In this document: in pieces, positions 37,805 to 47,764 of the stretch
How positions within the stretch are numbered: the first letter of the stretch is position 1
How the letters are laid out: every line of letters begins with the position of its first letter
IMG/VR virus record: IMGVR_UViG_2579779105_000001
Origin: a virus
Lineage: Duplodnaviria; Heunggongvirae; Uroviricota; Caudoviricetes
DNA: 64,000 bases
Direction: 5' to 3' (one strand)
The notes under the pieces: generated by a model
Database searches by the model: none
What the model was told of the DNA's origin: nothing
The model's input: only the letters and a program-made list of their open reading frames with translations
Program-made: the position numbers and the translations under genes

Positions 37805-38062
37805 TTACTCACCTCCTTTAATGCGAATGCCAGCGGCGCGGATGGCGTCAGCGCAATAATCGATAGCGCAGTTGTGTCCTTTGCCGAAATCATCCTCAGC
37901 CATCACTTTGTCATCGAGTTTTATCTCGATAGCTGCGCGAGATGCCTGCCATGCCCTCCATGCCATTTCCGTGGATGAATAAACATACCCGCAATCACCA
38001 TATACAAGGCTTAAATTTTGCTTTTTCGCGAACTCCAAAAACTGCTTTCTTGATTCGTCCAT
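37805..38062 (-). CDS. small protein ending GIRIKGGE
   Basis: Likely starts at ATG 38062 (MDESRKQ...); shares the C-terminal module with two other genes. Confidence 0.4.
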   Translation of the reverse strand: MDESRKQFLEFAKKQNLSLVYGDCGYVYSSTEMAWRAWQASRAAIEIKLDDKVMAEDDFGKGHNCAIDYCADAIRAAGIRIKGGE

Positions 38063-38063
38063 A

Positions 38064-38966
38064 TCACTCTCCTTTGATGCGAATACCAGCAAGCCAGTTT
38101 CTTATGCCGATATATTCAGCATTCCTGAAACCGCTTTTTACATATATAAATGGCAAGCGAAGATTGTGACCATTGGCTGCCAGGTAGTCTTTACAACCCT
38201 GTTCGGTGAAACAGCAGGTAACGAATTCATCAATATCTTTCACAGCAACGCGCCGCCATTTTTCTGGTGGCTCTCGAAAGTTTTCGTGAAGTAGTTCGAG
38301 ACGACGACTTTGGCGTTTATTGGCTTCATTGCCATCTTCATCAACCCAGACAATCCGGTCATAGTCATAATCAGCATCAACAACGATTTCGCGCTTTTGA
38401 TACACACAAAACATAGGGTCTGACGTTATTCGATTATCCTGTGTTCGAATATTTTCACCGATGATGCCAAACGAATCTGGTGCAGATTTTGTCTGCAACT
38501 CTTCGATACGTTCAGCCATCGCAGCACACTCTTCAAAGTTGCTTAATGCTTTTCGCTCCGATTCAGCGCATTGTTTTTCCAGTTCTGCTATGCGCTTACC
38601 TCCATCCGCGATTACTCCCTCGTAATGCTCGCGCTGCTCGTTGAGTTTTGATTTTGCCGACTCCAGTTGTTTTGTTAGTTCCACAATACGGCAAACATCG
38701 TTGATACGCGTTTCCTCTAATGCGTTGATCTCATCCAGTAGTGCCAGTGCAACTTTTGGTGGGATAGCCGCGATATAACGGGCATTGGCACTAGCGTTCC
38801 TCTGTCCATCAATGCCAGGCCAGTCAATAAAGTATCCGCAATGCCTACCCTCAGACGTGCGCGCAGGATAAATGCCGTTATGTCCCGGCAAAATATATGC
38901 TACCCATTCATCTTGCGTTGCCTGCTCCGCTGCCTCGCGCAACTCCTGATAGTTAGTTTCACTCAC
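38064..38966 (-). CDS. prophage accessory protein (Ea22-like family, tentative), ends GIRIKGE
   Basis: 300 aa; N-terminus MSETNYQELREAAEQA parallels 43088..43573; central coiled coil. Confidence 0.4.
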   Translation of the reverse strand: MSETNYQELREAAEQATQDEWVAYILPGHNGIYPARTSEGRHCGYFIDWPGIDGQRNASANARYIAAIPPKVALALLDEINALEETRINDVCRIVELTKQLESAKSKLNEQREHYEGVIADGGKRIAELEKQCAESERKALSNFEECAAMAERIEELQTKSAPDSFGIIGENIRTQDNRITSDPMFCVYQKREIVVDADYDYDRIVWVDEDGNEANKRQSRRLELLHENFREPPEKWRRVAVKDIDEFVTCCFTEQGCKDYLAANGHNLRLPFIYVKSGFRNAEYIGIRNWLAGIRIKGE

Positions 38967-39153
38967 TATCTGCTCCTTCCGCTTTCTCTGCTTTATCCGC
39001 CATGATTTCCAGCTTTTGTGCTGCTGATGCCGCTAACATTTGAAATTCTTCATCTGTTTCAACTGGAATTGGTACAAACCTGACTCCAATTTGAGCAAGG
39101 CTATGCGCCATCTCTAGACTTGCTCTTAACTCTGCTGGTGAGGCTTTATTCAT
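38959..39153 (-). CDS. small hypothetical protein
   Basis: 64 aa, coupled to the downstream gene. Confidence 0.3.
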   Translation of the reverse strand: MNKASPAELRASLEMAHSLAQIGVRFVPIPVETDEEFQMLAASAAQKLEIMADKAEKAEGADSE

Positions 39154-39249
39154 TTGGCTTCCTCCTTCCGATACATCATGATTGCCAGACCTCCCTTTGT
39201 AGTAATGCGGATGGTGCTGCCTGGCTCCATGCTCATGCCTTTATCCCAA

Positions 39250-40245
39250 TCAGTTATTAAACGTGATTACTCCGCGCTCGATGGCGAAGTCAAAAAGCTG
39301 GTTAGCGGCTACGTAAAGGCGTATGCCATGTGCTTTTTCCCATGCCCGGACATCGTTTTCTGCGCTTCTGGCGCAGTCATCGCAAAGAGGAACAGCCCAG
39401 CGGTCGTGTTCGTTTAACGAGCGGGCGCGGTACATGAACGGGTGGTTAACTTTGCCACCGCATCCGATGCACGGACGAGAAACCACAAACCGGAGATAAG
39501 CCGGGCTTTTACCGAGGACCGCTTTTGGTCGGCGCATATAAAGCAGGCCGGAATCCTCATCTACAGACAGGTTGACGATCTGCTCTGCGGTTATGTCCAC
39601 CAGCTCGCGGGTACTGTGCTCCCAGGTGATATCTGATTCTTTCAGCGTACCGGTAGGGATTTCAGTTTTTGGCTGACAAAATGCAATGCGACCGGCTTCA
39701 TCTGGCAGCTCATCTTTCAGATTCCGGCGAATGGCCCAAAAAGTGAGTTCAACCATACTCAGATCGCGTTCTGGCGGTAGTTTTAACTCGCTCGCAGCCC
39801 AGTTCATAACCCAGTTGGCACGATTCAGGGATAACTGGTCGTCCAGCTTGCTGTACCCCTTCATCATGTATTCCGCATCATGCTTCCAGCACAGGCGAAC
39901 GGCAGAGCCGTTATAGAAATGAGTGGTTAGCTGGTGGCTGCAATCGCGCTTATCGTGCGCCTGGCAATCGTGGATATTGGAACTTACCCAATGAACAAGC
40001 GAATCTTCACCGCCCAACGCGTTAAATACGCGCTCGCTTTGAAAAAACGGTTTCAGAGACTGGTTGGCAACCAGCGAATAATTCAGATCCACTACGCCAT
40101 CTGGAGTGTTTTCAGCCTGTTCACGCGGAAGTGGGGAGATAATGAAACGGCGACCTGCGCCAATGTAGTTACTGGTGGGCTTGTCTACCGGAAAGACAGC
40201 CACACCAGCTCCGTTTACGAAATGAGGTGTGATTATTGCACTCAT
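39250..40245 (-). CDS. hypothetical protein with Cys-rich HNH/zinc-ribbon-like C-terminus
   Basis: 331 aa; CIGCGG ... H ... LCDDC cluster near the C-terminus. Confidence 0.35.
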   Translation of the reverse strand: MSAIITPHFVNGAGVAVFPVDKPTSNYIGAGRRFIISPLPREQAENTPDGVVDLNYSLVANQSLKPFFQSERVFNALGGEDSLVHWVSSNIHDCQAHDKRDCSHQLTTHFYNGSAVRLCWKHDAEYMMKGYSKLDDQLSLNRANWVMNWAASELKLPPERDLSMVELTFWAIRRNLKDELPDEAGRIAFCQPKTEIPTGTLKESDITWEHSTRELVDITAEQIVNLSVDEDSGLLYMRRPKAVLGKSPAYLRFVVSRPCIGCGGKVNHPFMYRARSLNEHDRWAVPLCDDCARSAENDVRAWEKAHGIRLYVAANQLFDFAIERGVITFNN

Positions 40246-40286
40246 AATGTATACCGACTCTGTTTTGTTCCGAGCGGTAAAATAAT

Positions 40287-40300
40287 ATGTTAGAAAACTA
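40287..40300 (-). promoter_or_regulatory. operator (reverse complement = TAGTTTTCTAACAT)
   Basis: Exact 14-mer, intergenic between two leftward genes; weaker half-site at 40308-40318. Confidence 0.5.
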
Positions 40301-40343
40301 AAATCAACGTTCTAACGTAATTTTGAGTGCGTAAATGATTTGA

Positions 40344-41036
40344 TCAGACTTTAAGCTGCCCTCCCTTCACCTGCATTAGCGTCAGATTTCCGCAAAAAAC
40401 CGCGCCCGTGTCTATGTAGTGCTGATTCCAGTATGCTTTTGGTCTTCGTACCGGTGTGTGCCCAAAGATAAAGCGATCTGCGCCTGTGATTTCTCCACCA
40501 ATGCCATCTATCGAATCACCGACGCGACTGCGCGACCAGACAACATCAAAAAGCGACACATCCTTACCGAACTGGTACTCTCCACCTGGATAGTCGGCAT
40601 GGGCTATAACGATAGTTTCATGCCCGGTGTTCAGCTCAATGATATAGGGCAGACGCTTTACCAGCTCCACCAGCGCCCAGGCTAATATTTCCTGATCAGT
40701 GTCCAGCATGAAGAACCATTGTCCGCCATTCATTAGCCAGTTATTCACGTTGCCATCAGGACTTAACGCATCAAGCATCAACCGCTCATGGTTCCCCATT
40801 ACTGCCCTGAACCAGGGCATCTGCAATAGTTCCAGACATTCGACATTTTCAGTACCGCGATCGATAAGGTCGCCAACCGATATCAGTAAATCCTGCGCCG
40901 GGTCAAAATCCACACGATGGAGTTCGGACATCAGTCTGGTGTAGCAACCATGCAGATCACCAACAACCCATATGTTTCTATAGCCAGAACCATCAATACG
41001 GCTATATAAATTCACTTCATGCAGAGCCTGGGTCAT
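40344..41036 (-). CDS. serine/threonine protein phosphatase (lambda PPase/PrpA-like metallophosphatase)
   Basis: Motifs GDLHG, GDLIDRG, GNHE. Confidence 0.8.
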   Translation of the reverse strand: MTQALHEVNLYSRIDGSGYRNIWVVGDLHGCYTRLMSELHRVDFDPAQDLLISVGDLIDRGTENVECLELLQMPWFRAVMGNHERLMLDALSPDGNVNNWLMNGGQWFFMLDTDQEILAWALVELVKRLPYIIELNTGHETIVIAHADYPGGEYQFGKDVSLFDVVWSRSRVGDSIDGIGGEITGADRFIFGHTPVRRPKAYWNQHYIDTGAVFCGNLTLMQVKGGQLKV

Positions 41037-41344
41037 GCGGCAACCTTCTCACGCAGCCAGATACAAACCGGACCATCTTCAGTGTCATGAATAGAGCCAA
41101 CAAACCAGCCTTCACCCTCTGGTCGCTCCGGTTCCCAGGCGGCAATATCGGGACCAGCTGCGTCCAGATCAAAATCATCTTCATCCATACTGCGAATAGT
41201 CCACTGAAGATTATTTTCCTTCATCCAGGCGTCAAATTCCTCAGTGGAAATATATTCACGGCCTGCGCAAAACTTTTCATACTCCGGATGTGTCCAGCAG
41301 CCATATTCATCACGTTCTACCGGCATTTCTTTAATTGTGCTCAC
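41033..41344 (-). CDS. hypothetical protein
   Basis: 103 aa, acidic, coupled. Confidence 0.35.
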   Translation of the reverse strand: MSTIKEMPVERDEYGCWTHPEYEKFCAGREYISTEEFDAWMKENNLQWTIRSMDEDDFDLDAAGPDIAAWEPERPEGEGWFVGSIHDTEDGPVCIWLREKVAA

Positions 41345-41565
41345 TCTTCATCCTCCAAGTCGGCAACGGCCTCCATCACATCAGAACCGCGAATAAACTC
41401 AAAAGCACGGCAAGCCATTTCAAACACCTGTTGTTCTTGCGGATGCGGTGACTCCCAATACTTAAAACCAGGTCGATGCTCGTAACCCATCATGGAATAA
41501 AAATCGCCAGCAAGTTCAATCGCGGCATCAACAAGTTCGCGATTTGTCATCGTTTGTTCTGTCAT
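41341..41565 (-). CDS. hypothetical protein
   Basis: 74 aa. Confidence 0.35.
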   Translation of the reverse strand: MTEQTMTNRELVDAAIELAGDFYSMMGYEHRPGFKYWESPHPQEQQVFEMACRAFEFIRGSDVMEAVADLEDEE

Positions 41566-41870
41566 TTTGTTTTCTCCTGTCTGAACATCACTATCATCAG
41601 GTCGCCTTTTGTCGCTATCCTCGCTGTTGTGCCTGGTTCAATGCTGCCAAGTTCAAATGCGTCATAGAACGCTTCTAATGCCTTCTGGCGTAGTTCCTGT
41701 TTGCGCCGTTTTTTCCACTGTTTCAGGAAAATGGAACCCAGCCATCGCCATGTACGGGACATGATGAAAAACCAACCGAGAAGTGCCAGACCGGTATTCA
41801 GGAGCGTATCGATCGTTATTGTCGTGTCGATATTCACTGGCTGCTTCCGTTGCGAATCTGTTCCGCCCAT
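41562..41870 (-). CDS. small membrane protein
   Basis: 102 aa with hydrophobic helices. Confidence 0.35.
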   Translation of the reverse strand: MGGTDSQRKQPVNIDTTITIDTLLNTGLALLGWFFIMSRTWRWLGSIFLKQWKKRRKQELRQKALEAFYDAFELGSIEPGTTARIATKGDLMIVMFRQEKTK

Positions 41871-42817
41871 TCTTCAAGGGATTTCTCCGCATATTCACCG
41901 GACAGGCCATCAAGCGGATGCGGTTCATTAGCCAACTCTTCTTTCGCTGACAAAATCATGCGTGTAACGTCGAAAACTTCACGCAAAGACTTATTGATAA
42001 ATCCGTGATTGAACGCAGCAGCAAGACGGCTTGCGGTGTAGTTAATCCCCTCGTTGCGTGCCTCCGCACGTACTTCAGCCAGGAAAGCGTCGGTTGCTGG
42101 GGTGTCGATATTAGGCAGAAGCGCATAATCGCAAATCGTATCGATCGCAGGATCACAACAGTCATCCTCGTTGCGTGGTCGTTCGCCAACCTTCGTTGAC
42201 GATTGCATGATGATTCCCCAGCAAATACTATCGACCTCTTCGCTCCATCCATCGCAAGCATCACCGCGATAGTCGTCGATTGCAGCCTCAGCCGATTCGA
42301 TAGCTTCCTCAGCAGTTTTGTGCCATTCGAAATTATGCTCAGAGCCATATGAGAAATATGAATGTCCCGCCTTCAGCCCCGCATTCTCCGCCGCCAGCGC
42401 CGCGCAATTACCCTCCAGCTCTGCAATGCGCTGTTTTGCGGCATCAAGTTCAATCGATAATTTTTCCAACTGCTCTTTATGCTTCTTGTATTCCTGATAT
42501 GCGTGCCAGGACTGACCTTTGCGCACACTATCAGTAATATCAGTAATCTGTTCTGGTGTTAGCGTGGTCAGTGGCTGTGCTGGGAAAATCAGCACTTTCC
42601 CGGAATCCCAATCAAAACCAGCGTGAATTGACTGAACCTCAACTGAAGGTGTTGAACCAATGCTGCCAGGCGAATGAACAACGATCGTTACATCCATATC
42701 GCGACGATGGCTGTGGTTGTTGGACAAAATACGATTCACCAACTCAGAAAATTTGGAAAATTTCATGCTGATTCCCTTTGATCTTCCTGGATAATGTTGT
42801 TGCAATCTTTCACGCAC
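41834..42817 (-). CDS. prophage accessory protein, paralogue of 43570..44079
   Basis: C-terminal region [20 protein letters not shown] ... matches the paralogue; coiled coil [12 protein letters not shown]. Confidence 0.4.
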   Translation of the reverse strand: MRERLQQHYPGRSKGISMKFSKFSELVNRILSNNHSHRRDMDVTIVVHSPGSIGSTPSVEVQSIHAGFDWDSGKVLIFPAQPLTTLTPEQITDITDSVRKGQSWHAYQEYKKHKEQLEKLSIELDAAKQRIAELEGNCAALAAENAGLKAGHSYFSYGSEHNFEWHKTAEEAIESAEAAIDDYRGDACDGWSEEVDSICWGIIMQSSTKVGERPRNEDDCCDPAIDTICDYALLPNIDTPATDAFLAEVRAEARNEGINYTASRLAAAFNHGFINKSLREVFDVTRMILSAKEELANEPHPLDGLSGEYAEKSLEEWAEQIRNGSSQ

Positions 42818-43086
42818 TCGTTGCAGATGAAAGCGTTGTCCCCAGCAATTAACTTTTTAACGGTGTGCTGGGATTTGTTGCAGAAGCTGCAATAAAGCGT
42901 TGGACTGGCTGATACGGATGGTGCGCCAGATGTCAGCCGCGCGATGTCGTTCTTGCGACGCAATATCACACGGCTGCACTCAACCAGCATCTCCGGGGAT
43001 ATACCCTCCTCCGTGGCGAGCGCCTCCAGACGTTCGAGCAAGCGAAATACTTTTTCCTGGGTGATTGCATAATGCGATGTGGTCAT
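42763..43086 (-). CDS. stand-alone ClpX-type C4 zinc-finger domain protein
   Basis: 107 aa from ATG 43086; C-terminus [38 protein letters not shown] parallels the ClpX N-terminal zinc-binding domain (recalled). Confidence 0.6.
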   Translation of the reverse strand: MTTSHYAITQEKVFRLLERLEALATEEGISPEMLVECSRVILRRKNDIARLTSGAPSVSASPTLYCSFCNKSQHTVKKLIAGDNAFICNECVKDCNNIIQEDQRESA

Positions 43087-43087
43087 C

Positions 43088-43573
43088 TCACTCTCCTTTG
43101 ATGCGAATGCCTGTTGCAATGCTGTTTATGATGCTGTCAGTGCATGGGGTAGAAAGCTGGGCATCTCCAGCAATTTTCATGACATCAACATCTGCATATC
43201 GAATACCGAGGTGTATCAGACCGGCTATACCTGACTTAAGCCGAGCATTTTCCATAAACAGATCCTTTGCCCGCTGTTTTTCTGCCTCAAGCTCAACGCG
43301 CAACTTCCCTACCGTTAGCGCAATATCCTCGTTCTCCTGGTCGCGGCGTTTGATGTACTGCTGGTTTCTTTCCCGTTCATCCAGTAGTGCCAGCACGGTT
43401 TCTGGTCCGGCCAGAAATTTGAAGGCGTTGAGCGCATCAATATCCACACCGTAATCTTTAAGTTCCTGTTCACTTAACAAATCATCATCAGCTGGCAACA
43501 TTAACAGGCGTTCCATTGCTGGAATTGCACGTTCCGCCGCCTCACGCAGTGCCTGATAATCAATCTTGCTCAT
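43088..43573 (-). CDS. prophage accessory protein (Ea22-like family, tentative), ends GIRIKGE
   Basis: 161 aa; N-terminus [16 protein letters not shown]; stop TGA sits 1 nt before the next ATG. Confidence 0.4.
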   Translation of the reverse strand: MSKIDYQALREAAERAIPAMERLLMLPADDDLLSEQELKDYGVDIDALNAFKFLAGPETVLALLDERERNQQYIKRRDQENEDIALTVGKLRVELEAEKQRAKDLFMENARLKSGIAGLIHLGIRYADVDVMKIAGDAQLSTPCTDSIINSIATGIRIKGE

Positions 43574-44079
43574 TGGATGACTCCTTTACGAAGCTGTTCG
43601 GCGATATCTTCGAGAACGCCATCAGAGAATGAGCGGTCAAAATCGCCTTCCGGCGCATTAGCCATAAACTCAGTAGAGGTAAGAATCATCCGGGCAATAT
43701 CCGCGGCGTTCTTCGCAGTATCATCAATAAAACCAGCTACCCAGGCAGCCAGCATTCTGTTCGCCACAAAGTAAGCGCCCTCCTTGCGTGCTTCAGTCTT
43801 CACTTCATCCAGGAAAGTGTCGGTCGCAGGAGTAGTTTTTTGTGGTGATAGGGCGATACGAATTGTTTCAAGAGCTGGATCTATTTCCACTGTTGGCACC
43901 TTGATAAAACCAAGCTGCACGCCATTCATAATGAACGTGCGGCGATCCTCACATATCGCCTTCAGTCTCGCATTCTCCGCAGCCAGCGCCGCGCGCTCTT
44001 TCTCAAGTCGGGAAATTTCCGTTACATACTCAGCGTTACGCTCTGCCAGTTGTGCGGGCGTTAAACCTTCAGACTTCAT
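43570..44079 (-). CDS. prophage accessory protein, paralogue of 41834..42817
   Basis: Shared C-terminal domain and coiled coil [14 protein letters not shown]. Confidence 0.4.
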   Translation of the reverse strand: MKSEGLTPAQLAERNAEYVTEISRLEKERAALAAENARLKAICEDRRTFIMNGVQLGFIKVPTVEIDPALETIRIALSPQKTTPATDTFLDEVKTEARKEGAYFVANRMLAAWVAGFIDDTAKNAADIARMILTSTEFMANAPEGDFDRSFSDGVLEDIAEQLRKGVIQ

Positions 44080-44386
44080 ACACTCTCCTTTCGAAATAAA
44101 CGTACTGATTAATCATGCCCAGGGGCATTTCGAGTTTTTCTGCGATCTCACGGCGGGGAACACCACACCGATGAAGCTGCCGTGCCAGTTCTATATCGCC
44201 CTGCCGGTATTTGGCTGACGGGTGAAAGTCTCCTTTCAGAATCATGCAGATCCGCAGTTGCCGCGCTTTGGTTCTGACAGCACTACCGGTACGCCCGATC
44301 AGCCTCCCAATACTCTCGACTGTCATAGTCCCGGCGCACTGGCGGAGTATCATGATTTCTGCCCTTCCCCATCCCCGCCAGCTCAC
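44069..44386 (-). CDS. small HTH-like regulator
   Basis: 105 aa, basic, helix-turn-helix-like segment. Confidence 0.3.
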   Translation of the reverse strand: MSWRGWGRAEIMILRQCAGTMTVESIGRLIGRTGSAVRTKARQLRICMILKGDFHPSAKYRQGDIELARQLHRCGVPRREIAEKLEMPLGMINQYVYFERRVYEV

Positions 44387-45021
44387 ACAGAACTCCTTCT
44401 AACCAAAAGAACGCCATCTTCAGAAACAACGTTGCAGGACTTCAGGTAATTCATTGCCTCTTTCGGTAATGGATTCTTTGGATCGGCGTTTGCCAGGGAT
44501 TTCGATAACCTCATGATAAATTTGATCATTACCTTCTGGCGGAGCTTGTGCTCATGAGATAAAGACAGGTAATAGGAAATGGTATGGGCTAAACGCTCAC
44601 GAAGCTGTTCTGTGCCGTGATATACAGCAGCGATATCACGCAGTGCATTGACCAGTTCCCGGTAAATATGCGGAGCAACCTGGCATTCAATGTTGGTTGG
44701 TGACTCATAAATTACATTCAGCCCCAGCTTTTTAGCCAGCTCGTGCTCTGCACGAGCGCCAACTGATTCCTCCCACCCCTTGAGCAAATAGACCGCATTA
44801 GCCGAACGCACCATTGCAAGGCAAATATCCATGTATTCGCTCTGGCAGAGGCCAGCAGGTAACAGCGCCGGATTCATAACAATATGCCCTACCTCCATCA
44901 GCTCTTTTGCTTTCGAAAAAAACGCTGTGCGGTTGTAGTCGGGATAACCAGTCATCGGACCCGCGATGTAAATTTTCATAATGCGTTTTGACATCAAAGT
45001 TTCCCCAGGAACGTTACGCAA
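44383..45021 (-). CDS. nucleoside 2-deoxyribosyltransferase-like (DUF4406-like) protein with shared C-terminal module
   Basis: N-terminus MKIYIAGPMTGYPDYN...; C-terminal HIYRELVNALRDIAAVYHGTEQLRERLAHTI shared with 34304..35242. Confidence 0.4.
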   Translation of the reverse strand: MRNVPGETLMSKRIMKIYIAGPMTGYPDYNRTAFFSKAKELMEVGHIVMNPALLPAGLCQSEYMDICLAMVRSANAVYLLKGWEESVGARAEHELAKKLGLNVIYESPTNIECQVAPHIYRELVNALRDIAAVYHGTEQLRERLAHTISYYLSLSHEHKLRQKVMIKFIMRLSKSLANADPKNPLPKEAMNYLKSCNVVSEDGVLLVRRSSV

Positions 45022-45189
45022 AAGTTGATGAGAGCAAAGAGTTCAATGCCCAGCTCAAACAACGCCAGGACAGTGAAAAACAGGACATATAGCAACCCAA
45101 TTTCTGTATCGGATTGCTGGTGGATTGCACTAATTGCGACAAGCATCATGACCTCCTGATATAGCGTCTGAAAAAAGTATCTTCATTTT

Positions 45190-45222
45190 GTGTTAGAAAA
45201 TCAATTTTGATTTTCTAACATG
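45190..45222. promoter_or_regulatory. palindromic double operator TGTTAGAAAATCAA-TT-TTGATTTTCTAACA
   Basis: Perfect 14-bp inverted repeat made of the recurrent motif, between the divergent ref-like gene and the leftward accessory cluster. Confidence 0.6.
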
Positions 45223-45265
45223 TTTGATCAACCATAGCGGCTATGTAGACAAACCGGGTATTTCT

Positions 45266-45841
45266 ATGAAGCAAAGCTATTGGGAGAAACAGACACAAAA
45301 AGCCCTGCAAAAACTGGCTGATCCGAAATGGCGGGAGGAACAAAGGGCAAAGCGTCTTCAGCAAGCTCAACGCCAGCAGCAGCGTGCGCGAGAAAAAGCC
45401 GCATCGCCTGAATATCGGCAAAAGAAAATTGAAAAAGCGAAGCAATATGAACAGCGAAGAAAAGAGAAGGCCGCTTCTGCTCCTGTCAAAAAAACTCGCG
45501 CGTCACGCGGCCTGAAAGGCAGAACACTCACAGCAGATGAGCGCCGGATACAAACTGCCATCGGTGCTCTCCCCTGCATTGCCTGCCATATGCACGGACA
45601 GCATAGCCCTGTGGTATCCCTGCACCACATCTTCGGAAGAACAGCAGAGAACGCGCATAAATACGTCCTCCCTTTGTGTAAATGGCACCATCAACACGCA
45701 GCGCCAGCAGAGATCCGCGAGCAATACCCCTGGTTGGTTCCTGTTCATGCTGATGGAAAAATAGGCGGTAAAGCAGATTTCAGGCGGCACAATGCTGATG
45801 AAATGACGTTGTATCAGATGGCGATTGAATTGACGAATTAG
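45266..45841 (+). CDS. ref: Ref-like RecA-dependent HNH nuclease
   Basis: Basic low-complexity N-terminus then a Cys/His HNH-like core (CIACHMHGQH ... LCKWHH); operator upstream as for P1 ref (recalled); track start at 45224 is TTG. Confidence 0.55.
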   Translation: MKQSYWEKQTQKALQKLADPKWREEQRAKRLQQAQRQQQRAREKAASPEYRQKKIEKAKQYEQRRKEKAASAPVKKTRASRGLKGRTLTADERRIQTAIGALPCIACHMHGQHSPVVSLHHIFGRTAENAHKYVLPLCKWHHQHAAPAEIREQYPWLVPVHADGKIGGKADFRRHNADEMTLYQMAIELTN

Positions 45842-45852
45842 TTTTCTAACAT
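45839..45852 (+). promoter_or_regulatory. operator TAGTTTTCTAACAT
   Basis: Exact 14-mer overlapping the ref-like stop. Confidence 0.5.
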
Positions 45853-46173
45853 TTTAAGTTGAATTATAAATTTCTCCGATGTACATTCACTACCGATTGG
45901 CACACCGGTCAACTTTTTGAGACAAACTGTATAGTTTTTCGTATTATTGCCGCCGCCATACCTATGGCGGTGCAATATAGGTGGCTGAAAAGCCCCCGTT
46001 GACTCACGGTGTTCCAGCCTTTATTGCGCCGCCACCAGACCGTGGAACAGTCGATGGCGGCTCCGAAAGCAAGGAGTCACTACACTATGAACAGCTACTG
46101 TCTTTTCCCGTCACTCGTTGTCCGCCACTCACGCGATAATCTGCATTCTTTACTCGCGCTGGGGGTGTCAAAA

Positions 46174-46340
46174 TGACCGTTCGCTACCTCAACTTTCAAA
46201 TCCAGAACATCACTGGCGGTTGCTATGACTGGTTTGTCACTCTCGGAAAAGAAGTGATCACCGGGAAGCTGGATGAAGTGAAAGCTAAAGCAATGGCCTA
46301 CGCCTGCAAGCAAGCCCGGAAGAAATCCGCCAAAGCATAA
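46174..46340 (+). CDS. small hypothetical protein (55 aa)
   Basis: ATG with GGGGG upstream; below the ORF-track cutoff; read manually. Confidence 0.3.
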
Positions 46341-46727
46341 AATACTGACTTTTGCGCCCTGGCATTATCGTGGGGTATATTTCTACGGCACCTTAGAAAA
46401 ACGGGTGCCGGGATTGGAACCTCACGCGGTAGCTCCTTAACTTAGTCAAAGGAGGCTGCCAATATCGCTACTATCCCCACCCCAACTCATTCTGAATTTA
46501 TCTGGCGTTTCTATTCCTGCCAAAAACACCTGTATATCTGCGTCATGGCTGCAACCGAAGCAGAAGCTCGTTCATACCTTCCCCTGGCGGAACGGGGCGT
46601 AATTGGTGATAAACAGATACTGGGAAACAGTGGAACTACATGAGGCGGGAGTAATTCGTGACCTGATGGAGAATTCCGTTCCCCGCCGCTATCGTGCAGG
46701 GAACGGCATCTCCGTGGTTAAAGGTGT

Positions 46728-47120
46728 TTAAAGCTCACCTGCGCGCTGTTTTTCAAGCACAGATTTAACATTTGGCGCTTTCCCTTTAAAAGAATGGAAA
46801 GTGCCACATTTTTCTGTTTTAACCTCGCGCAGAGCTTCGCCGTCGGCGTTCTGCCATTGATGGGATAATGTCATATCACCGCGAGAAGGAACATCCAGCG
46901 AGTACAGCGTGTAAGTTCCCCCCATCTCCGCATACTCCTGGAACACATAGCTCATTACGTCAGATTCAGTTTTTCGGTGTGCGTTATCAACCTTATTCCC
47001 ATTCAGAAATATGGCATCTGGATAGATTTTTATATCAAACCGACCGCACTTAACTTGTAAATCTCCGGCGCTCGCGATCAAAGGGAAAGACGCCAGTAAA
47101 GCAATAGCCAATCTTTTCAA
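46728..47120 (-). CDS. secreted/periplasmic protein
   Basis: 130 aa with Sec-type signal peptide MKRLAIALLASFPLIASA. Confidence 0.5.
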   Translation of the reverse strand: MKRLAIALLASFPLIASAGDLQVKCGRFDIKIYPDAIFLNGNKVDNAHRKTESDVMSYVFQEYAEMGGTYTLYSLDVPSRGDMTLSHQWQNADGEALREVKTEKCGTFHSFKGKAPNVKSVLEKQRAGEL

Positions 47121-47140
47121 TTCTGCCTCCGCTGCGTAAC

Positions 47141-47764
47141 TTATTGCCCGTATTTTTTACACCATTGCTCTGCCATTTGTTTGGCTAAAGGCCCGGCTAC
47201 TGCACTGTATTCTGCTGTTTTACTTTGCACACATGAAGCAGATGGTTTTTTATTTCGCTGCTCGGTTAGTTTGCGCTCATAAGCCATCATGCTATCGAAC
47301 CCGGCAATATCACTTTGGCGAAGCATTCCCTTTTTAACCAAAAATTGCTGCCCCTCTGGCACCAACGCAAGCATAAAAAGAGGTTGCAATAACTCACCTA
47401 ATCCTTGCTGGCGATACACTTCGAATTGCTGCCATCCCTGACTTAATCTGGAAAGAGTATCTTTGGTTGAATAACCTGTTTTTGTTATAGCTTTGTCCGT
47501 CAGATATGCTGTATATGCAAAAACGCAAAAGTCAGTTTTACCAATAAACTGAGTTCCAACAGGCCGTAATGGAATGCCCTCCCTCTTGCAAAAGTCCATA
47601 ATGGCCGCTTGTGAATGAACTCCACCAGCGTTATTCATAACCTGCTGCCCTGCCCTGAATTGTGCAGGTAACGCAGTTGCATTGGCAGTATTAGCAGATA
47701 CGCATCCCAACATAGCCGCGAGCGCGGCCCCTAAAGCCCTTAACTTCACTACACCATCCTTCAT
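47141..47764 (-). CDS. putative lipoprotein
   Basis: 207 aa; signal peptide with lipobox-like LGC. Confidence 0.5.
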   Translation of the reverse strand: MKDGVVKLRALGAALAAMLGCVSANTANATALPAQFRAGQQVMNNAGGVHSQAAIMDFCKREGIPLRPVGTQFIGKTDFCVFAYTAYLTDKAITKTGYSTKDTLSRLSQGWQQFEVYRQQGLGELLQPLFMLALVPEGQQFLVKKGMLRQSDIAGFDSMMAYERKLTEQRNKKPSASCVQSKTAEYSAVAGPLAKQMAEQWCKKYGQ

